Assembly (NCBI GenBank): GCA_050952625.1
Contig: JBMNLH010000001.1
Coordinates: 288,001-352,000 of the forward strand
Reading direction: 5' to 3'
DNA: 64,000 bases
Origin: Bacillota bacterium
GTDB taxonomy: Bacteria; Bacillota; Ch66; Ch109
Shown here: positions 39,110 to 49,270 of the stretch, piece by piece
How positions within the stretch are numbered: position 1 is the first letter of the stretch
Layout: each line of letters starts with the position of its first letter
Position numbers and translations under genes: made by a program
The notes under the pieces: generated by a model
Databases searched by the model: none
What the model saw: the letters and a program-made list of their open reading frames with translations, nothing else
What the model was told of the DNA's origin: nothing

Positions 39110-40054
39110 ATGAATCTTTTTAACCGTCCTAAATTATATCTAGATTTTCAGGATTCAATAATCAGGGTGGTCCAGGGCAATCTTAACGGGAATAAGGTCA
39201 GGGTCGATGGCTTTGCCTCTCTAGAATTAACCAAATCCCTTAGTTTTCGGCAGGATGAGGCAGAAAACCGCGAACTCGGAGCGGTTTTAACCGATTTTCT
39301 GAAAGTACATGGCTTGTCAGCCTCGCGAGCACTGGTTAATCTTAATCAAGAGGGAATTATCATCCGCACCGCGGTAGTACCGGCGATGAAAACTAAAGTA
39401 TTAACCGAATTTTTGCATAAAGAGATAAATGAGTTTCTGCCAGTTGACCTGAACGAGTATAATTATGATTATCGGATAATTCGCATGTATCAGGATGAGA
39501 GTGATCACCAGCAGTATTTTGAGCTGTTGCTAGCCGCTGTTCCCCGAAATACTATTCAACGAATTGTCCACATCCTTGAAGAAACTGATCTTTATATCTC
39601 GGCGATTGACATTCTGCCCAACTCTCTGTTGCGCCTTTTTTCCCAGGCAACATATAACGAGGGAGTAGCCGTACTAGAGGTTGGGGATGATGGAACACGA
39701 ATCATGGCTGTTAGAGGACAGATCCCTCTTTTTTATGCGGATATTCCTTTTCGGTTATCAAATGAGGAGCAAGATTTTATTCAACTCTTTGAAGAAACCA
39801 GGGGGTATTTAAATTATTTTGCGTCCCGTCACCAGGGGCGGCAGGTAGAGGGTGTGTTTGTTTTAGGAAAGTTAGCTCAGAGTGACCTCGCGATTAGACA
39901 GATTTTTCAAGAAGTTTGGGGAGTACCGGTAATGACTCAGGTTAACGACCTGGTTCAGTTAGAATACCAGGGAAAAATGGGCAGCCAATTTGCTAAAGTA
40001 GCCGCTATGTACGCCGCCAATCTAGGCTTGATGTTAAGGAAGGATGGCCATTGA
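39110..40054 (+). CDS. pilM: Type IV pilus assembly protein PilM-like
   Basis: IIRTAVVP...EINEFLPVDLNEYNYDY, LLAAVP, IDILPNSL and ANLGLMLR motifs. Confidence 0.8.
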   Translation: MNLFNRPKLYLDFQDSIIRVVQGNLNGNKVRVDGFASLELTKSLSFRQDEAENRELGAVLTDFLKVHGLSASRALVNLNQEGIIIRTAVVPAMKTKVLTEFLHKEINEFLPVDLNEYNYDYRIIRMYQDESDHQQYFELLLAAVPRNTIQRIVHILEETDLYISAIDILPNSLLRLFSQATYNEGVAVLEVGDDGTRIMAVRGQIPLFYADIPFRLSNEEQDFIQLFEETRGYLNYFASRHQGRQVEGVFVLGKLAQSDLAIRQIFQEVWGVPVMTQVNDLVQLEYQGKMGSQFAKVAAMYAANLGLMLRKDGH

Positions 40055-40701
40055 AAACACCAACCAAGGAACTAAACTTTTTGCCGGCAGAGATAATTCT
40101 GCAGCGAATGCGGACCCGGACGATTCTTGTTTTTACTTTACTCGCAACTTTAGGCGTAGCTTTTCTTGGTATGGCCGCCTACACCCCAATCTATCTAGGA
40201 AAGATGTATCAGGTCAAAATAGATCATTACCAAGCACAGTATGCTACATTAGAGGCAGCACTTCCCTACTATAATCAGTTGCAGAGCCTTGAGACTCAGT
40301 ATCAGCAAAGCCAGAAGGTGATTAGAACTCTCGAGGGCCAGCGTAAACCTATTGTCCAGATTATCAATCAAATCAGCAGCGTTCTCCCGCCCGGGGTTCG
40401 GGTTACGAAGATGGAAGTCGATGTTGCTGCTGGGGTGTCTTTAGAGGTACAAACACCAGGCCCGACCGATACGGCCCGCTTAATTGTGGGGTTGCGCAAT
40501 CTCGGACTTTTTGAACAGGTCGAACCAAAAGAGGTTACTCTGCAGGATAGACCCGGGACTGTGAAATTGCAGTTGCCTTTTAAGGGGGTGGCCTCAAATA
40601 ATGCCAGCCAAGAATCAACTGATTCAGCCGCGCTAGAAGGAGAGAACCTGGATAGTGAACTCTTTACCAAGCTTCTTGAAGAATTGCCAAAGTCTCAGTA
40701 G
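40051..40701 (+). CDS. pilN: PilN-like protein
   Basis: ELNFLP (INLLP-like) motif, TM helix, coiled coil, LPPGVRVT; overlaps the pilM stop. Confidence 0.8.
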   Translation: MKTPTKELNFLPAEIILQRMRTRTILVFTLLATLGVAFLGMAAYTPIYLGKMYQVKIDHYQAQYATLEAALPYYNQLQSLETQYQQSQKVIRTLEGQRKPIVQIINQISSVLPPGVRVTKMEVDVAAGVSLEVQTPGPTDTARLIVGLRNLGLFEQVEPKEVTLQDRPGTVKLQLPFKGVASNNASQESTDSAALEGENLDSELFTKLLEELPKSQ

Positions 40702-41827
40702 GCGAGAAAAGGTATTACTAGTCGTTTTTTTGGTGCTGGTCGGGAGTTACCTTCTTTATACTTTCTACTTTAAAACCCAGATTGCTGAGTTAAAGGGGCT
40801 TCAGGCTGAGCTTGACCGGGCGCGAAATAAAATGACTATAGCTTTGGCCCAAGGCTGGGACAACATTCCGCAAATCGAGACGCAAATTCGCGAGGTCAAA
40901 CAGCAGCAAGAAGCACTTTATTCAATTGTCCCGCCAGTTAAAGATACCCCCGGCTTGTTGGAGGAAATCTATCAATTAACGACTGAATATAATCTCCTCG
41001 TCCCTAAACCAATCAGCTTTAGTGATTTGCAAAAGTATGACCATTATGCTGCTTATACGATCAATATTAGTGTTAAAGGTCGAAGACAGGCTGTCTATCT
41101 ATTTATTCAAGATCTGGAAACTTTGAATCGTTTGATAGAAGTAAAGAAATCAACTTTACAGGCCGAATCATCAGGTTATCTTACGGGTGATTTGGAATTA
41201 GCAGTCTATGTCCTGGAAAAGATTAACCCGGATCCGAGCAATTATCCCTTTATGGATTTTGAAAGGGATCACCGAGAACCGTATGAAATATTTCAGGTCA
41301 TTTCGAACAAGCAAGCAGCGGTTGGTAATCCGCTAGATGAGGTCCCACTGCCTAAAGAACCGAATGACTTACCAGGCTCTTTGAAGCCAGCAGCAAAACA
41401 AGATAACCAAACCCCAATTCAAGAGAAACTCACAGCTAATCAGGACCAAAACGAGAAACAAAGCCCCGGCAATTTGATTACTGAAGAGAGTAGTGGGAGT
41501 AACGTATCTGCCGGAGAAATCTACCAAGTAGTGGCGGGGGATACCTTAAGGGTGATTTCTGAGAAACTTTTTGGCACCCCTAATCATTGGTCAATCCTGG
41601 CGGAGGTTAATCATTTATCGCCGCCGTATGCTCTGGAAATCGGTCAGGAGATTCGGTTGCCGGACAATATCTATACAGTCCAGCCAGGCGATACCCTATA
41701 TTCAATAGCCCTTAAAATCTACGGCGCAAATCAGCACTGGAAGGATATCGCGGAGTTAAATAATATGGCTTTCCCGTATTTACTTGCAACCGGACAAAAA
41801 TTAATACTACCTGAACTCGATACCTGA
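40655..41827 (+). CDS. PilO-like protein fused to two C-terminal LysM domains
   Basis: LSRREKVLL TM start, coiled coil and FIQDLETLNRLI (PilO/GspM-like); LysM repeats YQVVAGDTL...GQEIRLP and YTVQPGDTLYSIA...GQKLILP. Confidence 0.8.
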   Translation: MNSLPSFLKNCQSLSRREKVLLVVFLVLVGSYLLYTFYFKTQIAELKGLQAELDRARNKMTIALAQGWDNIPQIETQIREVKQQQEALYSIVPPVKDTPGLLEEIYQLTTEYNLLVPKPISFSDLQKYDHYAAYTINISVKGRRQAVYLFIQDLETLNRLIEVKKSTLQAESSGYLTGDLELAVYVLEKINPDPSNYPFMDFERDHREPYEIFQVISNKQAAVGNPLDEVPLPKEPNDLPGSLKPAAKQDNQTPIQEKLTANQDQNEKQSPGNLITEESSGSNVSAGEIYQVVAGDTLRVISEKLFGTPNHWSILAEVNHLSPPYALEIGQEIRLPDNIYTVQPGDTLYSIALKIYGANQHWKDIAELNNMAFPYLLATGQKLILPELDT

Positions 41828-41882
41828 ATTAAACAATAGCCAGGACAAGTAATTATTAATTCTAATCTGTATTTATTTTTCT

Positions 41883-41980
41883 TATCAACCATCCATGCCC
41901 GTTCCTATGGAAATAGTGGACAAGGCACAACCACCAAGGAAATAACACAAACAACAATAAACGTGTTATATATTTACTAA
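41883..41980. repeat. Family B repeat (reverse arm) with ATAACAC/GTGTTAT extension
   Basis: Closely parallels 61213-61293. Confidence 0.65.
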
Positions 41981-41985
41981 ACGTA

Positions 41986-42021
41986 AAAACGACACGCCTT
42001 AAACTAAACTGGCGTGTCGTT
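41986..42021. terminator. Bidirectional terminator between pil operon and rpsT
   Basis: aacgacacgcc/ggcgtgtcgtt stem. Confidence 0.7.
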
Positions 42022-42079
42022 CATATTCGTTCATATTCTTTAGATTAATACGTCCAGAGAAAGCCCAAACATCTTCTGC

Positions 42080-42373
42080 TTAGGCTTCGTTAGTTTCTGC
42101 TCTTTGGCCTAGACTGGCGTTTAGTTTTTTAGCCAGCTTGGATTTTTTACGGGCAACGGCATTTCGATGGATTAAACCTTTTTGAGCAGCACGATCTAGG
42201 AGACTAATAGCTTTAGTAAACCCGCTTTGGATTTGTTCCGGGGCGGAATCAGCAGCAATAGCTGCATTAAATTTCTTGATCGTTGTTTTTATAGTCGATC
42301 GAGCAGCAGCGTTTTTCGCTGCTCTCTTCCGAGAAATCTCGACTCTTTTCTTGGCGGACTTGATATTTGGCAC
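42080..42373 (-). CDS. rpsT: 30S ribosomal protein S20
   Basis: PNIKSAKKR...KGLIHRNAVARKKS; GTG start after GGAGGTG. Confidence 0.97.
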   Translation of the reverse strand: MPNIKSAKKRVEISRKRAAKNAAARSTIKTTIKKFNAAIAADSAPEQIQSGFTKAISLLDRAAQKGLIHRNAVARKKSKLAKKLNASLGQRAETNEA

Positions 42374-42545
42374 GAGGCTCACCTCCTTCGGTCCAAGACC
42401 GGTACCAATGCTACCTGAGTTAACAAAAAATATATTAGCACGTACATAGGGAAAATGCAAGCAAAAATGTCAATGGTATAGACTAAACGCCAATGGGAAA
42501 AGCTATTATCGCCGTTAGTCATACGGGACAAGGAGGTGAGAAAGA

Positions 42546-42890
42546 ATGAATAATAAAAGTCTTCTCGGCACGATTATTCGTTTTGTAGTATCCGCGGTTG
42601 TTCTTTTGTTAGTCGGCTGGTTTCTTCCTGGGATTCGGGTCGCTGGGTTTACCGGAGCTCTGGCAGCCGCGATCGTCATCGCTATTTTAGGTTATATTGC
42701 GGAAACTCTACTCGGCAAAAATATTTCCCCCAGAAGTCGTGGAATAGTCGGTTTTGTTACCGCGGCGATTGTTATTTACCTGGCTCAGTTTATTATCCCC
42801 AATATGCTTTCTGTATCCTTGCTGGGGGCTTTGCTGGCTGCCCTGGTAATTGGTCTAATCGATGCTTTTGTGCCTACGGAACTGCGTTAA
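42546..42890 (+). CDS. 4-TM membrane protein, YvlD/DUF360 ('phage holin family') type
   Basis: Small hydrophobic protein with LPGIRVAGFTGAL; strong SD AGGAGGTGA. Confidence 0.7.
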   Translation: MNNKSLLGTIIRFVVSAVVLLLVGWFLPGIRVAGFTGALAAAIVIAILGYIAETLLGKNISPRSRGIVGFVTAAIVIYLAQFIIPNMLSVSLLGALLAALVIGLIDAFVPTELR

Positions 42891-43040
42891 TTACAGCAGA
42901 AACATTGTAGGATAATATAAAATTTAATATAAATAACATCTTAATGAAACGACCCTCACTTAGCTTAAGCGGGGGTTGTTTTATAGCTGGTTTTTGCTAG
43001 ATGTTTGGTTCTTTGAAATCATAAACCATCTTGGTAATTG

Positions 43041-43069
43041 TCATACCCCTCATCTTGTGGGCATAGAAT
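43041..43069 (+). promoter_or_regulatory. Putative sigma-E promoter of spoIIP
   Basis: TCATA-16 nt-CATAGAAT matches the mother-cell sigma-E consensus. Confidence 0.6.
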
Positions 43070-43112
43070 TGGATAGTCAGGAGTAATATTCTAATACTGT
43101 GCACCAGGGGGG

Positions 43113-44225
43113 ATGACCTTGAAATTTCAAATATTCGCTTTAAGGGTCCGCTCCCGTACCCGGTGGCAACCCTTTAGGCTGGTTTTAGTCATTCTGCTAA
43201 TTCTCGTCCTAACTATGCTTTTATTATATCGGCAAACAACGGAAATATCCTTACCAGTAGATAACGGCTGGATTGTCCAGCTCCCTGAATCCTTGCTGCA
43301 AGAGACATTATCTCAAGGCATGCCTTATATTTCAGATCAACAGCAGGGTCTTGCGTCTCGGGGTTCGAGTCGGCTTAATGATTGGTGGACAAGATACGCT
43401 CATGCCGGCACAGATCCTCGGGCGATGATGCTTCTCGAAATGGGTTGGTTGGCGACTTTAGAAAGGACAGGCCGAGAATTAATCATGGTACCAGCCAATG
43501 CAACCCCAACTGAGCCGGGTTTGGCAGATAAGCCTATTGATTCTGCGGATGCCGATCGGTTTAATGGTTTAGAAACCGAACCAGGGGATTCGGCCTCGGG
43601 CAAAATAGGACAAGATAAACTTGGAGAACCCTTGATCGCCCTATATAATACCCATAATGCCGAAACCTACATTCCCACTGACGGAAAAGCGAAAGTAGAG
43701 GGAGAAAATGGCGGGGTAGCCCAAGTTGCTCAAACCTTAAAACAAACCTTAGAGAATGAGTATGGCATTCCCACTGTTTATGTGGATACAATTCATGACT
43801 ATCCCGATTGGAGCAGGTCCTACGTCAATTCCGCTAAGACGGTCAGGGCTTTACTGGAACAATATCCGCATCTAAAGATTTTGGCCGATATTCACCGGGA
43901 CTCCTTAAATGTGGAAGATGCCTTAACCAAAAAGGTTAATGGACTAGACACGGCTCGAATTCTTTTCGTTGTTGGCAGTGATCAGCGAATGGCCCATCCC
44001 AATTGGCGTCAAAACTTAGCCTTAGCGCAGCAAATTGCTGATAGTCTAGAGACTTTGTACCCGGGTGTGTGCCGGGGAGTTAGGGTGCAGGCCGGGACCT
44101 ATAATCAGCACTTGAATCCAGGAGTAATTCTGGTAGAGATAGGTAATGATCAAAACTCCTTGGACGAGGCTAAGAGAGCCGTTCGGCTTTTGGCCGAGGC
44201 GATTAGCCAGGTAATAAAAAAGTAA
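43113..44225 (+). CDS. spoIIP: Stage II sporulation autolysin SpoIIP
   Basis: YNTHNAETY, SYVNS, DIHRDS and YNQHL...LVEIG motifs. Confidence 0.92.
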   Translation: MTLKFQIFALRVRSRTRWQPFRLVLVILLILVLTMLLLYRQTTEISLPVDNGWIVQLPESLLQETLSQGMPYISDQQQGLASRGSSRLNDWWTRYAHAGTDPRAMMLLEMGWLATLERTGRELIMVPANATPTEPGLADKPIDSADADRFNGLETEPGDSASGKIGQDKLGEPLIALYNTHNAETYIPTDGKAKVEGENGGVAQVAQTLKQTLENEYGIPTVYVDTIHDYPDWSRSYVNSAKTVRALLEQYPHLKILADIHRDSLNVEDALTKKVNGLDTARILFVVGSDQRMAHPNWRQNLALAQQIADSLETLYPGVCRGVRVQAGTYNQHLNPGVILVEIGNDQNSLDEAKRAVRLLAEAISQVIKK

Positions 44226-44329
44226 TTTGAATTATTATCTTTATCGCTGCGACTGAACATGCTATATTTATTTGAATGACCTAAACTTATTGGTCATCAG
44301 ATATTTGTAGGTAAAGAAGGTCTTATTAA

Positions 44330-45904
44330 ATGTCCCAGACTGGTACCCGGGTGGTCAAAGCAGCCGGATTCTTGATGATCACCATGGTTGTTTCCCGATT
44401 GTTGGGCTATGTGCGAGACGTAGTTATTTATACCCGTTTTGGGCAGAACAGTTATACTGATGCCTATAACGCCGCTTTTTCGATTCCCGATTTCCTGTAT
44501 ATGCTGCTGGTCGGGGGAGCTTTAAGTTCCGCTTTTATCCCGGTTTTCTCAAGTTACCTGGCGACGGACAAGCCGGAAGAAGGTTGGCGGGTGGCTTCTA
44601 TTATATTTAACACCGTCATGGTGCTGATGCTGGTCGGAATTGGCATTGGCTTAATCTTCACGCCCCAACTGGTTTATCTGCTGGTTCCCAAACTATCGCC
44701 AGCTGCTATTGAACTGACCATCACTCTAACCCGGATCATGTTTGCCCAGACTTTTTTTATGGCCATGAATGGGATAGCCATGGGCATTTTGAACTCCCAC
44801 AAGCACTTTACCAGTCCGGCTATTGGCAGTGTTCTTTATAATCTAGCGATCATTGTGGTGGGCTGGCTGCTCTCGTTGCGCTGGGGAATCATGGGGTTTT
44901 CCGTGGGTGTGGTTACCGGGGCCATCCTAAATTTTGCGGTCCAAGTACCAGCCCTGGTTCGACTAGGCCTACGCTATGAATTCAGTTTTGATCTGTCTCA
45001 TCCGGGAGTAAGACGGATTTTGGAATTAATGCTGCCGGTTTTAATTGGCTTATCAGTTACTCAATTTAACCTGTTTGTGACGCAAAACCTAGCCTCTGGC
45101 TTGCCTGAAGGAATGATATCCGCCTTGCGCACTGCTCAGCGCCTGATGCAAGTGCCAATCGGCGTTTTTGGAATTGCCGTCGCTGTCGCGGTCTTTCCGA
45201 CCCTGTCGGAGCAGGCAGCCCGCAAAGAGACTAAGGATTTTATGCAGACCATGTCACTCGGGATCAGGACCGTAATTTTTTTAACCCTGCCGGCTGCCGT
45301 TGGTTTAATTGCTTTGCGCGTCCCGATTGTCCAGGCTCTGTTTGAACAGGGAAACTTTGATCACTTCGATACCCTAGCGACTGCCGAAGCCTTGCTCTAC
45401 TTTTCCCTAGGCCTTTTCGGCTATTCCGCTATTCAGGTCTTAAATCGGGTGTTTTACTCAATTCAAGATACCCGGACCCCCGTGACGGCAGGCGTTATCA
45501 CTATCGTACTGAATATTATTCTTAGTTTTGTTCTAATAAACTACCTGGGACACGGCGGTCTAGCTTTGGCTTATTCAATTGCCGGTATCTTTAATATGGC
45601 GGTTTTGCTAGTTATGGCAAAGGTTCGTTTGGGAAATATTGGCGGACGCTTAATGCTCGCTTCATTTATCAGAACTCTGACCGCCTCGTTGATCATGGGG
45701 GTGGCAGCTAGTTTAACGGTTATCTGGCTGCAGCCTCTGCTAGCATTTCACCCCAAGCTAAACCAGTTCATCACCGTGCTCGCTGGCGTGGGAGTGGGTG
45801 TGCTGGTCTTTGGCGGATTAAGCCTGCTGTTTAAAATGGAAGAAGCCCAAATGGTGGTTAGCATCCTGCGCCGGCGGTTTGGCCGCCGAGCCAAGCCCGC
45901 CTAA
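44330..45904 (+). CDS. murJ: Lipid II flippase MurJ (MviN)
   Basis: SRLLGYVRD...DAYNAAFSIPD...GALSSAFIPVF and QDTRTP motifs. Confidence 0.93.
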   Translation: MSQTGTRVVKAAGFLMITMVVSRLLGYVRDVVIYTRFGQNSYTDAYNAAFSIPDFLYMLLVGGALSSAFIPVFSSYLATDKPEEGWRVASIIFNTVMVLMLVGIGIGLIFTPQLVYLLVPKLSPAAIELTITLTRIMFAQTFFMAMNGIAMGILNSHKHFTSPAIGSVLYNLAIIVVGWLLSLRWGIMGFSVGVVTGAILNFAVQVPALVRLGLRYEFSFDLSHPGVRRILELMLPVLIGLSVTQFNLFVTQNLASGLPEGMISALRTAQRLMQVPIGVFGIAVAVAVFPTLSEQAARKETKDFMQTMSLGIRTVIFLTLPAAVGLIALRVPIVQALFEQGNFDHFDTLATAEALLYFSLGLFGYSAIQVLNRVFYSIQDTRTPVTAGVITIVLNIILSFVLINYLGHGGLALAYSIAGIFNMAVLLVMAKVRLGNIGGRLMLASFIRTLTASLIMGVAASLTVIWLQPLLAFHPKLNQFITVLAGVGVGVLVFGGLSLLFKMEEAQMVVSILRRRFGRRAKPA

Positions 45905-45996
45905 AAGATAGAAATACTCGGAGTGATCCCATCCGCTAAGCATCCCTAACATGATGGTGCTGGATTTTACTGAAGATCGGCGATTGACGATCCGCA

Positions 45997-46155
45997 TCAT
46001 TCCTCATCATAATCTTCTGAATTGCGGTGGTTGGCCCACTGTTCCATCCCAAATTCAGGTCCTGGAAATTCTTCCTTAATGTACCCTTCCTTTTTTTCGT
46101 TTATCGCACCGGGTTTTTTGCCAGCCCCGGGGATAAAATTTCGGAAAAAGCCCAT
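45997..46155 (-). CDS. Unannotated 52-aa hypothetical small protein
   Basis: Perfect SD AAAGGAGG 7 nt before ATG; open frame MGFFRNFIPGAGKKPGAINEKKEGYIKEEFPGPEFGMEQWANHRNSEDYDEE; below the size range of the ORF track. Confidence 0.65.
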   Translation of the reverse strand: MGFFRNFIPGAGKKPGAINEKKEGYIKEEFPGPEFGMEQWANHRNSEDYDEE

Positions 46156-46430
46156 TGTTAAGCCTCCTTTACCCTTTGTTTTAATACTTTTAGTATTTGC
46201 GATTTACCGGTTAATATAGCCTTAGAAAAAATAAGATATCAACTCCGACTTCATTCTGAGCAGAGCGAAGAATCCTTAACCTATTAGTGGATAGCCTGCA
46301 TTTTTCTCTTGATTCGATCAAAATGAGAATAAAATAAAAACAAAGTACCCCCTCTTAATAAAGTGGGGGCTTTGGAATCGGGTGAAAAGCCGGGCAGTAA
46401 ACCAACCTGTCCCCCTGTCTCTACCTGTCC

Positions 46431-46847
46431 CTAGAGGTGTTTTCCAGTCGAAGTAATGGTTAGCTTGCCGTGCTTGATTCCTTTCATGCTAATCAGGCGG
46501 GAGGCAATCTGGCGGGAGGCGGAGGCTGAACCTTTAAGGACCAGGACCTCCAAACAGTTATGGTGATCCAGGTGGACATGCAAGGTGGAGACAATCAACG
46601 GGTGATAATCGTGTTGGATATCATTTAACAGCTGCAGCAGATTGTTGCTGTGATGATCGTAGATCAAGGTTACTGTTCCCACCACTTCGCTGTCATCTGA
46701 TTCCCATTCCTCTTCGACCAGGTGATCACGGATCAAATCACGCAAGGCTTCTGATCGGCTAGGATAGCCTTTTTCTTTGATCAAGCGGTCAAACTTTTCT
46801 AAGAGCAGTTGATTGATCGATACTCCGAAACGGACCAGATCCTCCAT
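46431..46847 (-). CDS. nikR: Nickel-responsive regulator NikR
   Basis: RHH VRFGVSI...SRSEALRDLIR; YDHH and HVHLDHHNCLE motifs. Confidence 0.96.
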   Translation of the reverse strand: MEDLVRFGVSINQLLLEKFDRLIKEKGYPSRSEALRDLIRDHLVEEEWESDDSEVVGTVTLIYDHHSNNLLQLLNDIQHDYHPLIVSTLHVHLDHHNCLEVLVLKGSASASRQIASRLISMKGIKHGKLTITSTGKHL

Positions 46848-47011
46848 TCGAACACTCTCCTTTGCAGATTTTTTATCATTTATTATGTTAGGCGTAAGGT
46901 GTTAGGAGTGAGGTGCCTTACGGCCCACGCTTAACGTTTAACTTAACAGTTTCATTATAAACCGTTATACCACTATGCACACTTTCTAAAGATAAAAAAA
47001 CCATGACTGAG

Positions 47012-47227
47012 TGCTGACCGAGTTAAAACACAAGTGCCTAACAATAAAATATCCGCCGCGCAGTGTTTTAACGGAGGTGAGCGATTGGCGGTTTACATCA
47101 GGGAACGGAGTAGGCTGAGGATCAGCAGGCATCACTGTTTGAGCCCGCAGGGCGAGTTTGATGTCTGCCCGAAGCCGACGAGGTTCGTTCCTAGTCTAGC
47201 CTGCTAACCGAGTTAAAACACAAGCAC
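47012..47227 (-). repeat. Family A element in reverse orientation plus the start of a second tandem unit
   Basis: Full unit 47058-47227; agttaaaacacaag repeated at 47021 and 47211 (190-bp period). Confidence 0.92.
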
Positions 47228-47350
47228 CTACCAGTCCGGCATTGCTTATGTTACCGATTAACTGTAAAATAAATAAGTTAATGAAACGATAATTAGCTTA
47301 GGCATAATGATAAGCTGGGACAATAATGAACAACAGGGGAAGGAGATTGT

Positions 47351-49156
47351 ATGACCAGTATACCCCAGGATAGAATCCGAAATTTTTGTATCATCGCGCA
47401 TATTGACCACGGAAAATCAACCTTAGCAGACCGAATTTTAGAGTTTACCGGGGCCCTTTCCGAACGGGAAATGGTGGAGCAGGTTTTAGATCAGATGGAC
47501 CTGGAACGAGAGCGGGGAATCACCATTAAGCTCACAGCGGTTCGCCTGATTTATCGGGCGCGGGATGGGCAAGACTATATGTTAAATTTGATTGATACCC
47601 CCGGTCACGTTGACTTTACTTATGAGGTTTCACGCAGTCTCGCCGCCTGTGAGGGAGCGATTTTAGTGGTGGATGCCTCCCAGGGGATTGAAGCCCAGAC
47701 CCTGGCCAATGTCTATCTGGCGATTGAGAATAATCTAGAGATCGTCCCGGTGATTAATAAAATTGACCTGCCCAGTGCTGAGCCGGAACGGGTTAAACAG
47801 GAAATTGAAGAGGTCATTGGCTTGGATTCCAGCGAGGCTATCCTAGCTTCTGCTAAGTCCGGGCTCGGGATTGAGGACATCCTGGAGGCTGTAGTGCAAA
47901 AAATTCCTCCGCCTCGGGGAGAAACGGCGCAACCGCTTCGGGCACTCATTTTTGATTCTAACTTTAATGCCTATAAAGGAGTTATTTCCTATGTGCGGGT
48001 GGTTGATGGCCAGCTTGCTAAGGGAATGGAAATAAAGATGATGTCAACCGGTCGGGTCTTTGAAGTCACTGAGGTGGGGGTCTTTAATCCAGCCTTAAAG
48101 GTGGTTGACCGGCTGACTGTGGGTGAAGTCGGTTATGTGGCAGCGAGCGTAAAGAACGTCAAAGATACCCGGGTAGGTGATACCATCACCTCGGCGCAGA
48201 ACCCGGCCCCGGCCCCGTTGCCTGGTTACCGAGAGGCAGCCTCGATGGTTTATTGCGGTCTGTACCCGGTAGAAGCGGCTAATTATACCGATTTGCGGGA
48301 TGCCCTGGAAAAATTAAAACTGAACGATGCCTCCCTGCGTTACGAACCAGAGACCTCGGCCGCTCTTGGGTTCGGCTTTCGCTGCGGCTTTTTGGGTTTG
48401 CTCCATATGGAAATTGTCCAGGAACGGTTGGAACGGGAGTATGGCTTGGCCTTGATCACCACCGCCCCGAGTGTGGTTTACCGCGTGACCAAAAGTGATG
48501 GGGAAGTGGCCTTGATTGATAACCCGGCTTTTTGGCCGGCCACTACTCAGATCGAGCGGATTGAGGAGCCGTTTGTCAAGGCCACGATTATGGTGCCGAC
48601 TGATTTTGTTGGGGCGATCATGGAACTGGCTCAGGAAAAACGCGGGGTTTTCTTAAACATGGAGTATGTCTCGGCTTCGCGAGTCATGATCACTTATGAA
48701 CTGCCGTTGAGCGAAATAATCTATGACTTTTTCGACCAACTTAAATCGCGGACCCGAGGCTATGCCTCACTGGACTACGAACTGGTGGGTTATCGGGAGT
48801 CGGAACTGGTAAAACTGGATATCCTGGTAAATGCCGAACCAGTCGATGCCCTCTCCTTTATTGTCCACCGGGATCGGGCTCAGCAACGCGGCCGCAGCTT
48901 AGTCGAAAAACTGCGGGGACTGATTCCTCGGCAGCTTTTTGACGTTCCTATTCAAGCAGCGATTGGCAACAAGATCATTGCCCGGGAAAATATTCGAGCC
49001 CGGCGGAAAGATGTGCTGGCTAAGTGCTACGGCGGGGATATAACCCGAAAACGTAAACTGCTGGAAAAACAGAAAGAGGGCAAAAAGAGGATGAAGCAGG
49101 TGGGGAATATTGAGATCCCCCAGGAAGCCTTTATGGCGGTGTTAAAAGTGGAATAA
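47351..49156 (+). CDS. lepA: Elongation factor 4
   Basis: [22 protein letters not shown] and [18 protein letters not shown] motifs. Confidence 0.98.
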   Translation: MTSIPQDRIRNFCIIAHIDHGKSTLADRILEFTGALSEREMVEQVLDQMDLERERGITIKLTAVRLIYRARDGQDYMLNLIDTPGHVDFTYEVSRSLAACEGAILVVDASQGIEAQTLANVYLAIENNLEIVPVINKIDLPSAEPERVKQEIEEVIGLDSSEAILASAKSGLGIEDILEAVVQKIPPPRGETAQPLRALIFDSNFNAYKGVISYVRVVDGQLAKGMEIKMMSTGRVFEVTEVGVFNPALKVVDRLTVGEVGYVAASVKNVKDTRVGDTITSAQNPAPAPLPGYREAASMVYCGLYPVEAANYTDLRDALEKLKLNDASLRYEPETSAALGFGFRCGFLGLLHMEIVQERLEREYGLALITTAPSVVYRVTKSDGEVALIDNPAFWPATTQIERIEEPFVKATIMVPTDFVGAIMELAQEKRGVFLNMEYVSASRVMITYELPLSEIIYDFFDQLKSRTRGYASLDYELVGYRESELVKLDILVNAEPVDALSFIVHRDRAQQRGRSLVEKLRGLIPRQLFDVPIQAAIGNKIIARENIRARRKDVLAKCYGGDITRKRKLLEKQKEGKKRMKQVGNIEIPQEAFMAVLKVE

Positions 49157-49199
49157 GATGCGTGAGGCAAAAACGTGTTTTTAGAAGCGGGTCGCATAG

Positions 49200-49270
49200 T
49201 TTAAACTTCAGGTGGGGCAGAGTCTCCATCTGAAGCCTTGATGTTTAGCGAAGCTGACCTAGTTCACAAT
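49200..49270. repeat. Family C repeat copy
   Basis: cttcaggtggggcagagtctccatctgaag hairpin; reverse complement of 13931-13998. Confidence 0.7.

Noticed and set aside
42546-42890. 'Phage holin' as evidence of a prophage
   Set aside because: No other phage genes; this family is common on Firmicute chromosomes.
46022-46219. 65-aa plus-strand ORF
   Set aside because: No SD; the opposite-strand 52-aa ORF has a perfect SD and is the better candidate.
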